Assembly: GCA_964589445.1 (NCBI GenBank) | Contig: CAZPQX010000004.1 | Span: 17,632 to 81,631, forward strand | DNA: 64,000 bases | Source: an uncultured Candidatus Saccharibacteria bacterium | GTDB lineage: Bacteria; Patescibacteriota; Minisyncoccia; Phycocordibacterales; WO2-35-19 | Reading direction: 5' to 3' | Part shown: piece after piece, positions 9,387 to 18,897 of the stretch | Numbering within the stretch: position 1 is the first letter of the stretch | Layout of the letters: every line of letters starts with the position of its first letter | Made by a program: the position numbers and the translations under genes | The notes under the pieces: model-generated | What the model was told of the DNA's origin: nothing | Databases searched by the model: none | The model's input: the letters and a program-made list of their open reading frames with translations, nothing else

Positions 9387-10406
9387 TTAGTTATCTTTGT
9401 TTGGGTTCTTTATATCTACATGGTTAAAACCCATTTCAGTCAAAACTCTTCCTCTTGGTGTCCTCTCTATGAGACCCACCTGCAAAAGGTACGGTTCACT
9501 AAATTCCTCTATTGTGGCTTGTTCTTCTGACATAGAGGCCGCTATCGTACTTAGTCCTACGGGCCCTCCACCGAACTTTTCTGCTATGGTCCTTAGTACA
9601 TTTCTATCTTCATTTGTAAGCCCAAGGTGATCTATTTGTAATAACTTAAAAGCTTTTTCTGCTAGTGCACCATTTATTTCACTTCTCTCCATCTGTGCGT
9701 AGTCACGAGCCCTTTTTAAAAGGTAATTGGCTGTTCTTGGTGTAAACCTACTTCTTCTTGCGATACTTACAAGTGCATCGTCTGTTATTTTTACACCAAG
9801 TATTTTTGCAGACCTACTTATTATTTTTTGTATTTCTTCTGGAGTGTAAAATTCGAGTCTAAAAATACCACCTGAAAATCTACTCCTTAAAGGAGATGAT
9901 ATATTTGCCACCTTAGTAGTCGCTCCAATGAGGGTAAATTTCTGGAGTTCAAGTTGAATAGTCCTTGCGCTCGGTCCTTTTCCTATAATAATATCAAGCG
10001 ATCCAGACTCCATGGCAGGGTAGAGGACCTCTTCGATACTTTTGTTTAGTCGATGTATCTCGTCTATAAACAGGATATCCCCATCTCCTAAGTTGGTGAG
10101 TATCGAAGCTAGATCACCCACTTTTTCAATGGCTGGCCCTGATGTTGATTTCATTTGGCTGCTTGTTTCCTTGGCTATAAGGTGTGCAAGGGTGGTCTTG
10201 CCGAGTCCTGGAGGGCCATAAAAGAGTAAATGCTCAGGAGGGTGACCCCTTTCGCTTGCCGCGGATAGTAAAATCTTAAGATTACTCTTTATATTTTCTT
10301 GTCCTATATAATCATCCCATTCTGAAGGTCGAAGAGTTTTGTCTAAAAATTCTAAATTTTCCTCCGCTTCCTCTCGAGGGTTTTCTCTATCAATTTCGCT
10401 TGACAT
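9387..10406 (-). CDS. ruvB: Holliday junction branch migration helicase RuvB
   Basis: LRP, GPPGLGKTTLA, FIDEIHRL, ERTPRGR. Confidence 0.98.
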   Translation of the reverse strand: MSSEIDRENPREEAEENLEFLDKTLRPSEWDDYIGQENIKSNLKILLSAASERGHPPEHLLFYGPPGLGKTTLAHLIAKETSSQMKSTSGPAIEKVGDLASILTNLGDGDILFIDEIHRLNKSIEEVLYPAMESGSLDIIIGKGPSARTIQLELQKFTLIGATTKVANISSPLRSRFSGGIFRLEFYTPEEIQKIISRSAKILGVKITDDALVSIARRSRFTPRTANYLLKRARDYAQMERSEINGALAEKAFKLLQIDHLGLTNEDRNVLRTIAEKFGGGPVGLSTIAASMSEEQATIEEFSEPYLLQVGLIERTPRGRVLTEMGFNHVDIKNPNKDN

Positions 10407-10428
10407 AATTTTTTAGATATGCTATACT
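10400..10428 (+). promoter_or_regulatory. sigma70-type promoter with no downstream + strand ORF
   Basis: TTGACA (10400-10405), 17 bp, TATACT (10423-10428) preceded by TG (extended -10). Confidence 0.7.
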
Positions 10429-10434
10429 TCCTAG

Positions 10435-10630
10435 GAAGTTAATATATTGTTTTTTGAGGGGTACAAATCTCTAAGCAGCGTTCTGCCTCAGGTGGGATTA
10501 GACGTTAAATCAAGGAATAACCGGTTCCATTCTTCAAGGAGGGAGCGCTAGTTATTTCCTCAGAGTAATGTTTTGCTTTTGGTATAAATATTAAAAGTGC
10601 TGCTTAGAGATTTACACCTCTCCCTCCCAA
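10435..10630 (+). ncRNA. candidate structured ncRNA (6S RNA-like)
   Basis: Perfect 15-bp closing stem 10465-10479/10599-10613, nested helices and a consensus promoter upstream. Ends are approximate; family assignment is inference. Confidence 0.5.
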
Positions 10631-10741
10631 ATATTGATAGGAAGGTACAATTCCCATTATTCATAAAACAAGATTTGCAGCAACGAAATTTGTGTATAAC
10701 TCAATAAATCTCTGACGTGGAGTTTATTCTATAAGGATATT

Positions 10742-12421
10742 TTAATTTTCAAGATCTATGACTCTAGCGAGTTCTTTTATTGAGGTTACTCCCTGAAGCA
10801 CTTTTATTATCCCATCCTGAAGCATTGTTGGGATACCCTGGTCTTCTGCTGCTTTTGCCAACTCTCTTTCGCTCGGATTGTTTACCACAACTTCTTCTAT
10901 TTTCTCGTCTATTATTATGGCTTCGTATATTCCTGTCCTTCCTTTGAACCCAGTAAAATTACATTCTTTACAGCCCACTGGTTCATAAACATCTTGCATA
11001 TTAATACCTTTCAAAAGTTCTTTGTCTTTTACGCTGTCTACCACTTTTTTTATTATTTTTTTGTCTGTGTCGCTCGGGGCACTTTTCTTTTTGCATGCAG
11101 GACAAAGTTTTCTTATTAGTCTTTGGGCCATTGCGAGGTTGATGGCAGAGGTAAGTACTTTAGGGTTTACTCCAAGGTCGATGAGACGGGGAAAAGTACC
11201 AGCTGCGTTGTTTGTGTGTAGAGTTGAAAAAACAAGGTGTCCAGTCAAGGCTGAGTTTACAGCTATTTGAGCTGTTTCCTCGTCTCTAATTTCTCCAACC
11301 ATAATTATGTCAGGATCTTGTCTCAAGGCGCTCCTCAAACCCTCTGAAAAAGTATATTCCTTTTCTTCACTAGTTTGTGTTTGCAATATTCCTTTTATAT
11401 GGTATTCGATAGGATTTTCTATGGTAATAATTTTTATTTCGGGAGAATATGTTTTTTTAAGAAATGCATAGAGTGTAGTGGTCTTTCCTGAACCAGTAGG
11501 ACCAGTGTTCAGTATCATCCCGTTCGGTTTGTTTATCTCTTTCAAAATTATTTGTAGGAGTTTGTCGCTGATACCCAAATCTTCTAGAGGCACTGATATC
11601 GCATCGGGATTCAAAATCCTCAATACTACTGATTCACCGTATCCACCAGGTAAAAGGGAAGTTCTTATTTCTATTTCTACATCTGCTATTTTTATACTAA
11701 ACCTTCCGTCTTGTGCCTTACCATGCAGGTTTAGTTTTAGGTTTGATATTAATTTAATTCTTGATAGGAGGAGATTGTAAACATTTTCTTCAAGTTGTAA
11801 TACATCATTTAATACGCCGTCCATTCTATATCTAAGTCTTATAGAGGTTTCTTCTGGTTCTATGTGTACGTCCGATGCGCCTACAGATATTGCTCCGGCT
11901 AATATAATTTCTAGAATTCTAGATATCCTATAGCTTTTTCTTTGAGATAGTATCTCATCTACAGAAGATTTTATGTCTGATATATTTTTTACATCTTTTA
12001 TTATTTTTTGTATTTCTTCATTTTCTATGTCGAGGGCACCACTTTTTGTTTCCATTGAGTATGAAAGATCTCTGTATCTTTCCCATACCTTTTCAAGACT
12101 TTGATGAGAAACCATAAAGAGATTTAATTTATAGCCCCTTTCTTTCAAACCTTCTATTGTGGTTATTGTTTTTGGATTGTTAGGCGAAATAATCGCTAGA
12201 GATACATTTTTGTTTATTATGTTGAAAGGAGCAACTTCTGAGCTTCTTGACTCGGACTCTTTAAGTATCCTAAGAGCATCTATGTTTATTGGGCTTATCC
12301 CTAGATCTACATAAGAGAGGCCGTATTTTTGGGACATGAGTTTGGCGAGTCCCTCCTCCTCTTCTTCCCTTAAAACAGAGAGTTTTCTTATTTGTTTGTT
12401 TTCATTAAACTCTATTGTCAT
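10742..12421 (-). CDS. GspE/PilB family type IV pilus assembly ATPase
   Basis: ASDVHIEP, GPTGSGKTTT, LRQDPDIIMVGEIRD, STLHTN, CxxC pairs. Confidence 0.95.
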   Translation of the reverse strand: MTIEFNENKQIRKLSVLREEEEEGLAKLMSQKYGLSYVDLGISPINIDALRILKESESRSSEVAPFNIINKNVSLAIISPNNPKTITTIEGLKERGYKLNLFMVSHQSLEKVWERYRDLSYSMETKSGALDIENEEIQKIIKDVKNISDIKSSVDEILSQRKSYRISRILEIILAGAISVGASDVHIEPEETSIRLRYRMDGVLNDVLQLEENVYNLLLSRIKLISNLKLNLHGKAQDGRFSIKIADVEIEIRTSLLPGGYGESVVLRILNPDAISVPLEDLGISDKLLQIILKEINKPNGMILNTGPTGSGKTTTLYAFLKKTYSPEIKIITIENPIEYHIKGILQTQTSEEKEYTFSEGLRSALRQDPDIIMVGEIRDEETAQIAVNSALTGHLVFSTLHTNNAAGTFPRLIDLGVNPKVLTSAINLAMAQRLIRKLCPACKKKSAPSDTDKKIIKKVVDSVKDKELLKGINMQDVYEPVGCKECNFTGFKGRTGIYEAIIIDEKIEEVVVNNPSERELAKAAEDQGIPTMLQDGIIKVLQGVTSIKELARVIDLEN

Positions 12422-12472
12422 ACAAAAATTGTATCATGAATTAACAATTGTTAATTATGGTAGGATAGGAAT

Positions 12473-12904
12473 ATGGAGTTTTTATCCAAAAATACTGAAG
12501 ATACAAAAAATATAGCGACCAAGTTTGTTTCTGGTTTAAAAAACAACTACCCAGAAGCCTTGGTTTTTGGCTTGTATGGTGAGCTTGGAGCTGGAAAGAC
12601 TACTTTTATGAAATATGTGGCTCTGTCTTTTGGTATAAAAGAAACCATCCAAAGCCCCACTTTTGTAATTATGAAGAGATATAAACTAATCAATTCATTT
12701 TTTGATTTTTTAGTTCATATCGATGCTTACAGGATGGAGAGGGGTGAGGAGATATTAAACCTTGGGTGGCTCCAAATTGTAAATGATCCCAAAAATATTA
12801 TTTTTATAGAGTGGCCTGATAAAATAAAAGATGTTATGCCTCCACACAAGAAGATATTTTTTGAACATGTGGGAGAAAATGAAAGGAAAATAATTTTTGA
12901 ATAA
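12473..12904 (+). CDS. tsaE: tRNA t6A biosynthesis ATPase TsaE
   Basis: GELGAGKTT, SPTF, HIDAYR, IEWP. Confidence 0.96.
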   Translation: MEFLSKNTEDTKNIATKFVSGLKNNYPEALVFGLYGELGAGKTTFMKYVALSFGIKETIQSPTFVIMKRYKLINSFFDFLVHIDAYRMERGEEILNLGWLQIVNDPKNIIFIEWPDKIKDVMPPHKKIFFEHVGENERKIIFE

Positions 12905-12905
12905 A

Positions 12906-15266
12906 ATGGCAAAATCTAAGTCTAAAAAAAATCCTGAAAAAAAAGAAAGATTAATTCTTCTTGATGCACACGCTATAATACATAGGGCATATCACGCTCT
13001 ACCTGATTTCGCTACAAGTAAAGGGGAACCGACAGGAGCACTCTACGGCCTTGTGTCTATGGTTTTGAAAATAGCAACTGATTTTAATCCGGATTATTTA
13101 GTCGCGTGCTTTGATTTGCCCAAACCTACGTACAGGCACGAGGTTTACGACGCTTATAAAGCAGGCAGAGCAAAAACAGATGAAAATCTTTCTTTGCAAC
13201 TTGAAAAATCAAAAGAGGTTTGCAGAGCACTTAACATACCTATTTACTCAAAAGAAGGTTTTGAAGCAGATGATATGCTCGGTACCATCGTAGAACAACT
13301 TAAACAAAAAGACATAGAGACTGTGATAGCTTCGGGTGACATGGACACATTGCAGCTAGTAGGTAGGGGCGTACAAGTGTATACCTTAAAAAAGGGTATA
13401 CACGATACTGTCTTGTATGATGAAGAAAAGGTTCAAGAAAGATTTGGTTTTGGACCAAGTCTGCTGCCTGACTTTAAGGGTTTGCGAGGCGATCCATCGG
13501 ATAACATAATCGGTATAGAAGGAATAGGCGAGAAGACCGCCACAGAACTCATAAAAGAATTTGGAGATATCGATAGTATATATAAATCTTTAAATAAAGG
13601 GCTGCTTGAGGGGAAGGTAAAACCAAGAATTATAGGCTTACTAAAGGATGGTGAAGAGGAGGCTAGGTTTAGTAAAATGCTTGCAACTATAAGGAGAGAC
13701 GCTCCTATAGAGTTTGTTTTACCAACGCGAAAATGGAAAGAGGGTATAGATATAGTAAAGGCCAAGAGGTTTTTTGCAGATCTTGAATTTAGAAATATGG
13801 GTCAAAGGCTAGATCAGGTAATTGGTGTCGAACCCTCAAAAGAGGTGCATCCTCAAGAGGACGTTGACCCAAAACTTTTAGAAGAAACAAAAATAGCTCT
13901 TTGGGTCGTTGATTCTAATATTACAGATCCATCTCAAGAAGACATATTTAATTTCACAGGGAATAAAAATTTTACTAAATCCAGAGAAATAATTTTGAGT
14001 GAACTAAAGAAAAGGGATTCAGAATTTGTGTTTGAGTCAATAGAAAAACCTCTCATACCTATTTTGAAAAAAGCAGAAGAGTATGGAGTACTTGTCGATA
14101 AAGAAGTATTTTTGTTTTTGGATCAAAAATATTCAAAAGAAATTAAGGAAATAGAAAAAAAGATTTGGGCATACGCAGGGGGAGAATTTAATGTATCTTC
14201 CCCAAAACAACTCGGTGAGGTACTTTTCGGAAAACTTGAGCTTTCTGTTAAAAACCAAAAGAAAACATCGACAGGTGCTGCCTCAACCAAAGAGTCAGAG
14301 CTTGAAAAAATGAAAGACCTGCACCCCATAATCCCACTAGTGCTTGACTATAGGGAGCTCAGGAAACTCCTCTCTTCTTACATAGAACCCATACCAAAAC
14401 TTTTAGATGATAAATCTAGGTTGCACGCCAGGTTCATACAGACAGGCACCACTACAGGAAGGATGGCTTCCGAAAATCCAAATATGCAAAATATTCCTAT
14501 TGGTAGTGATAAAGGTAGAGTCATAAGAGATGCTTTTATTGCAGAAAAAGGTAAAAGTCTTGTGGCACTAGACTATTCTCAAGTGGAGCTCCGAATAGCC
14601 GCCTTTCTTTCTGGAGACCAGATACTCATAAATATCTTTAAAGAAGGTAAAGATATTCACTCAGCTGTTGCAAGTCAGATGTTTAAAGTCGCTGATTCAG
14701 AAGTGACTAAAGATATGAGGCGTCAGGCAAAGGTGATAAATTTTGGAATTCTTTATGGTATGGGTGTTACAGCTCTGCAGGCAAATTTAGGAACCGATAG
14801 AAAGACCGCTCAAGAATTTTTAAATTCTTATTTTGAAAACTTCAAAGGCCTCGCGTTGTATCTTGAAGACGTAAAAAGGCAGGCAGAAAAAGATGGTTAT
14901 ACAAAAACTTTTTTTGGTAGACGAAGATATTTTGAAGGTATTAAGTCGAGCATTCCTTTCATAAAAGCAGCAGCAGAGAGGATGGCAATAAACGCACCCA
15001 TTCAGGGTACCCAAGCTGACATGATCAAAATTGCTATGGCTCAAATTTATGATTTTATGGAAGAACAAAAAATAGAAGGATCATTGATTATGCAAATACA
15101 TGACGAGGTTATTTATGAGATTTCAAATAAAGATTTAGAAAAATTTGGAAAAAATGCAAAAAATATAATGCAAGAAGTTTTGTCTCTCGATGATACAAAA
15201 GGGGTACCAATAATTGCTAATGTCTCAGTAGGGGATAATTGGGGTAAAATGAAAGAGTTAAAATAA
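12906..15266 (+). CDS. polA: DNA polymerase I (5'-3' exonuclease + polymerase; 3'-5' exonuclease region reduced)
   Basis: EADD, GDPSDNI, DYSQVELR, KVINFGILYG, QIHDE. Confidence 0.97.
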   Translation: MAKSKSKKNPEKKERLILLDAHAIIHRAYHALPDFATSKGEPTGALYGLVSMVLKIATDFNPDYLVACFDLPKPTYRHEVYDAYKAGRAKTDENLSLQLEKSKEVCRALNIPIYSKEGFEADDMLGTIVEQLKQKDIETVIASGDMDTLQLVGRGVQVYTLKKGIHDTVLYDEEKVQERFGFGPSLLPDFKGLRGDPSDNIIGIEGIGEKTATELIKEFGDIDSIYKSLNKGLLEGKVKPRIIGLLKDGEEEARFSKMLATIRRDAPIEFVLPTRKWKEGIDIVKAKRFFADLEFRNMGQRLDQVIGVEPSKEVHPQEDVDPKLLEETKIALWVVDSNITDPSQEDIFNFTGNKNFTKSREIILSELKKRDSEFVFESIEKPLIPILKKAEEYGVLVDKEVFLFLDQKYSKEIKEIEKKIWAYAGGEFNVSSPKQLGEVLFGKLELSVKNQKKTSTGAASTKESELEKMKDLHPIIPLVLDYRELRKLLSSYIEPIPKLLDDKSRLHARFIQTGTTTGRMASENPNMQNIPIGSDKGRVIRDAFIAEKGKSLVALDYSQVELRIAAFLSGDQILINIFKEGKDIHSAVASQMFKVADSEVTKDMRRQAKVINFGILYGMGVTALQANLGTDRKTAQEFLNSYFENFKGLALYLEDVKRQAEKDGYTKTFFGRRRYFEGIKSSIPFIKAAAERMAINAPIQGTQADMIKIAMAQIYDFMEEQKIEGSLIMQIHDEVIYEISNKDLEKFGKNAKNIMQEVLSLDDTKGVPIIANVSVGDNWGKMKELK

Positions 15267-15267
15267 A

Positions 15268-15702
15268 ATGAGTGAACAAATAAATTTATTTAAACAGTTT
15301 GAAAATATCTTTAAAGCAGAAGAGGAACAGGAAGAAAAAAAGCCTTTTCAAAAAACTTATGATTATTCTCCTTTTGCATTACAAGATGCTATTGGTATAG
15401 CTGACAACAAGAGAGCCTGGATAGAATATCAGAAGTTAAAATTTGCGGGTATAGAAGATGAAGAAATTGTACACAACATCATAAGCAAAGTTCGTGACAT
15501 GATGCTTATAAATAAGGGGGCGAGTATCTTAGATATTGGTATAAAAGAATACCCGTATAATAAATCAAAAAAAGATATCAAAAATTGGAAAGAACACAGA
15601 CTTATTGGTTTCTATGAAAGACTTGTTGCGCTCTACCATGAGTCACGTATGGGGGGAGAGCCTTTGGACATTGCTTTGGAAAAGACCATCCTAAAACTTT
15701 GA
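15268..15702 (+). CDS. protein resembling the C-terminal part of DNA polymerase III delta (HolA)
   Basis: FALQDAI...AW, YPYNK, terminal LEKTIL helical pattern; only 144 aa. Confidence 0.55.
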   Translation: MSEQINLFKQFENIFKAEEEQEEKKPFQKTYDYSPFALQDAIGIADNKRAWIEYQKLKFAGIEDEEIVHNIISKVRDMMLINKGASILDIGIKEYPYNKSKKDIKNWKEHRLIGFYERLVALYHESRMGGEPLDIALEKTILKL

Positions 15703-15740
15703 GTTTTTAATATTTTGTAGTATATTTTGTCTCTGTAAGA

Positions 15741-15813
15741 CCGCCCGTAGCTCAGTCGGTAGAGCAGCTCCCTTTTAAGGAGATGGTCGTAGGTTCGATT
15801 CCTACCGGGCGGA
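15741..15813 (+). tRNA. tRNA-Lys (TTT)
   Basis: Acceptor CCGCCCG/CGGGCGG, anticodon loop CTTTTAA, GGTTCGATTCC T-arm; CCA not encoded. Confidence 0.95.
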
Positions 15814-15822
15814 CTAGTAAAT

Positions 15823-15850
15823 AAAAAACGCAAACCGCTTTGCGTTTTTT
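15823..15850. terminator. bidirectional intrinsic terminator
   Basis: AAAAAACGCAAA-CCGC-TTTGCGTTTTTT. Confidence 0.75.
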
Positions 15851-15852
15851 AG

Positions 15853-16257
15853 CTACAAAGGCAAATCTATTGCGAATGCTCCGGCACCTGATAAGAGGAG
15901 AGAGAGGAGGATGGTGAAAACCAACATATAGAAGACAATGTTTCTTTTTAGGATACTTGGGTCTTTGTACTCAAGATAAATTTCTATAAACGTGATAATT
16001 CCCAATACTAAGGCTGCGATTTGAGTATAGAACCCAGCAATAAGCATAATACCTCCAATTATTTGAATTAATGATAGTATTTTGGTTGCTACTTCAGGGC
16101 GGGGTATCCTGAGTGTTTTGAAAGATATAAGCCACCTCTCATTTTCTTTTTTGAATAATAGAATGCCCAGATCTATAAAAACGAAACCAACTATTAATCT
16201 TAATAAAAATGGTGCAAGAAGCGAATATGTGAGCAAGTCTGGAAATGGATTTAACAT
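15853..16257 (-). CDS. DoxX family membrane protein
   Basis: LLRLIVG, GFYTQIAA, GAGAFAID; several hydrophobic segments. Confidence 0.85.
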   Translation of the reverse strand: MLNPFPDLLTYSLLAPFLLRLIVGFVFIDLGILLFKKENERWLISFKTLRIPRPEVATKILSLIQIIGGIMLIAGFYTQIAALVLGIITFIEIYLEYKDPSILKRNIVFYMLVFTILLSLLLSGAGAFAIDLPL

Positions 16258-16275
16258 AAGTGTAGTATAGCAATT

Positions 16276-16881
16276 ATGGCAGAAAATTTAAATATGGTTG
16301 TTATATTGAACAATATAAGGAGCTCGGAAAATGTCGGCTCTATTTTTCGTACCGCGGATGCCTTTGGTGTTAAGAAAATATACTTGTGCGGCTACACTCC
16401 TAGTCCCTTAGATAGGTTTAATAGGAAAAACACCAAACTCATCAAAGCTTCTTTGGGTGCGGAGGAGTTTGTGGAGTGGGAAAAGTGTGAAAATTTGGAA
16501 GAAGTTATTGAGAAAAATAGAATCAACTTAAAAAATTCTGAAAATTATGTCTCCTCGCTCAGCACGGATAAAAGCCTGCTGGCTTTTTCCTCTGCTCGGC
16601 TCGTCAGCCTGCGCAAGGCATGCTCGGAGAATAATTTTCAGAATTTTTTGATCGTTGGAGTAGAGCAGAGTGAAGACTCAATTGATTATCGTGAATTAAA
16701 AAAGTCATGTCTCGCATCTCATAAAAATAACATCGCTTTGGTATTTGGAAATGAGGTAGAAGGGTTGTCAGAAGAAGATTTGAAACTTTGTGATGTTATT
16801 GCCGAAATCCCTATGCAGGGTAAAAAAGAATCTTTAAATGTTGCCGTATCTGTGGGTATAATTCTTTCAAGTCTAAACTAA
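16276..16881 (+). CDS. TrmH/SpoU family RNA methyltransferase with an in-frame insert
   Basis: NVGSIFRTADAFG, FGNEVEG, IPMQGKKESLNVAVS. Confidence 0.93.
   Translation: MAENLNMVVILNNIRSSENVGSIFRTADAFGVKKIYLCGYTPSPLDRFNRKNTKLIKASLGAEEFVEWEKCENLEEVIEKNRINLKNSENYVSSLSTDKSLLAFSSARLVSLRKACSENNFQNFLIVGVEQSEDSIDYRELKKSCLASHKNNIALVFGNEVEGLSEEDLKLCDVIAEIPMQGKKESLNVAVSVGIILSSLN
16530..16649 (+). mobile_element. in-frame palindromic element, copy 1 (in the TrmH-family gene)
   Basis: Perfect 19-bp terminal inverted repeat 16530-16548/16631-16649; the 98-bp core is repeated in mutM. Confidence 0.85.
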
Positions 16882-17831
16882 TAATTGACTGTAAAAGTAT
16901 CAACTATAAGTCCGTTTTTGTCGTAGAGGTTTACCTTTTCGCGTTTTTCTCTCCATAGAGGTCCAAATTTATTCAAGAAAATACGATATTCATTTCCGGG
17001 GAAATTTGTATCACTAAAATGTTTGGCTACACATGAATTGTAGTTTATCTGTGTTTGCATATAAGTTTTGCAGGAAGAAGATACTGTATCGGGCAAGTCT
17101 CTTATATACTCACTATTTACGGTTGTGCAACGAGACAGGCTTTCAAGTAGGTCTATACACTCATCATTCCTGTCTAAATCATTTGAAAATTTAGGAAGTT
17201 TGTCATCTTCTATTAGAGGACATTCGGTTGAGAGGCTTGGATAAAATGTCCTATTTTCTTCAAAGTATCCAGTACATTTGTTTGTTCTAAACGATATGCC
17301 TATTGGTGAAAAACCTTTTGTTATTATTGCTCGGTCTCCGTTTTTGAGTACCACGTTGCTTTCATTTTTAGAAAAAGGGAAGGGGAGAAGGGAGGCCCCA
17401 CCTATAAAAACAAAATTTCCAGTAACTTCACTTTTAAAATACCAACCGGTAATATTTACCTCTTCGTCTTTACCAAGATTTGTGTAGAGGTATATGTACT
17501 CTTTGCTGGGGTCGTCATCCCACGACTTGGAGAGGCTCGAAAGTGTCACTTTGCCATAATAAGGTGAACGGGTGCTTTCTTCTATTTTTTTCTGTACTTC
17601 TTCTTCTAGGTTTTCAATTTTTCTCTCTGTATTTTTTATTTCTTCTTCTGGTGTTTGATTTGAATTTTGATTTCCAAATCCAAAGAAAGAATTATTATTG
17701 CTTTGTATGGAAGATGGGTTGTTGCTACTAGTTGCTTCTCTATTTTCAGCTGCTTTTTTTAGTGGGGCATATGCAATGCCGAGGATGATAAACCCTATGA
17801 GTATTACTAATGCTGGTGAAGCTTCTTTCAT
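16878..17831 (-). CDS. membrane-anchored hypothetical protein (lamin-tail-like segment, Cys-rich insert)
   Basis: N-terminal TM, coiled coil, EYIYL...VNITGW...LYDKNGLIVD pattern. Confidence 0.7.
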   Translation of the reverse strand: MKEASPALVILIGFIILGIAYAPLKKAAENREATSSNNPSSIQSNNNSFFGFGNQNSNQTPEEEIKNTERKIENLEEEVQKKIEESTRSPYYGKVTLSSLSKSWDDDPSKEYIYLYTNLGKDEEVNITGWYFKSEVTGNFVFIGGASLLPFPFSKNESNVVLKNGDRAIITKGFSPIGISFRTNKCTGYFEENRTFYPSLSTECPLIEDDKLPKFSNDLDRNDECIDLLESLSRCTTVNSEYIRDLPDTVSSSCKTYMQTQINYNSCVAKHFSDTNFPGNEYRIFLNKFGPLWREKREKVNLYDKNGLIVDTFTVNY

Positions 17832-18850
17832 TTAAATAATTTTTGATGAACAGGGCAGAAGTGACTACTTCTAGTTTTGACCACTATTCTTTCTATTATA
17901 CCAGAGCATTTATTTCTTGGACATTTTTTGCCTTTATTTCCGTATGCTTTATGGAAGTTTTGGAAACCTCCCTTCTCACCAAAAATATTTCTATAGTCTG
18001 ATTTGGAATCGCCGCCTTTGCCTATTGAAAATTTCAAAATCCTTTTCATTTCTTTGTAAATTTCTGACAGTTTGGTTTCTGGTACTTTGTTTGCGGGGGA
18101 GAGTGGGTGCACTCCTGTTTGCCAAAGTATTTCATCCGAGTAAATATTTCCTATACCAGCTATTATTTCTTGATCTAGGAGCACTGTTTTTATGGGTCTC
18201 ATTTTGCCCATTTCTTTTATTCTTTTTTTGAAATCCTTAATGTCTATTTTGAGAGCATCTGGGCCGAGTAGTGAAAGGCTCGCGTGGGTGTGTAGGGAGT
18301 CACTTTTAAATATAGAAACACTCGCAAATCTTCGCATGTCTGAAAGTACCAAATGTTTGCCGCACGAGAGGGAGGCTACAAAATGTATGTATTGGTTGTA
18401 GGGATCCTGAAGAGGGCCTTCTTCTATGGTTTTCCAAAAATTATTTCCTGAGCGTGCCTTTCGCAGGCTGACGAGCCGAGAAGAGGAAAAAGCCAGCAGG
18501 CTTTTATCCGTGCTAAGCGAGGGAACATAATTTTTGGAAACACGAAAGGGATATTTTTGGAGTTCATATTTCCCATACATCAAATGCCCGGTCATTTTTA
18601 TGTGTATAGAAATAGTGTACCCAGACGATAGATGGATCAAAATATTTTTACCAAGTCTTTCTACATTTTCTATTTTTGATCCGGTAGCCAACTTTTTTAA
18701 ATTTTTATAATGCTTCTCGTTCTTTATATTGTCTCTCTCTCCGTGACTTGTTGAAACGTGAAAATCAGACCATATTTCTAGTATGGTTTTGCCCATGGCA
18801 ACTTTTTTTAACCCTGTGACCGTTGTGTGTACTTCTGGAAGTTCAGGCAT
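17828..18850 (-). CDS. mutM: formamidopyrimidine-DNA glycosylase with an in-frame insert
   Basis: MPELPEV start, HIKMTG, LLDQ..IAGIGNIYSDE, C-terminal zinc finger. Confidence 0.96.
   Translation of the reverse strand: MPELPEVHTTVTGLKKVAMGKTILEIWSDFHVSTSHGERDNIKNEKHYKNLKKLATGSKIENVERLGKNILIHLSSGYTISIHIKMTGHLMYGKYELQKYPFRVSKNYVPSLSTDKSLLAFSSSRLVSLRKARSGNNFWKTIEEGPLQDPYNQYIHFVASLSCGKHLVLSDMRRFASVSIFKSDSLHTHASLSLLGPDALKIDIKDFKKRIKEMGKMRPIKTVLLDQEIIAGIGNIYSDEILWQTGVHPLSPANKVPETKLSEIYKEMKRILKFSIGKGGDSKSDYRNIFGEKGGFQNFHKAYGNKGKKCPRNKCSGIIERIVVKTRSSHFCPVHQKLFK
18431..18540 (-). mobile_element. in-frame palindromic element, copy 2 (in mutM)
   Basis: Perfect 14-bp terminal inverted repeat 18431-18444/18527-18540; core 18437-18534 matches 16541-16638 with 9 mismatches. 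Confidence 0.85.
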
Positions 18851-18897
18851 ACCCAAAAGTTAATAGATAATAGAAGATAGTCAATAGTTTAGTTTCT

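Noticed and set aside
15633-15833. 66-aa - strand ORF
   Set aside because: Antisense reading of tRNA-Lys.
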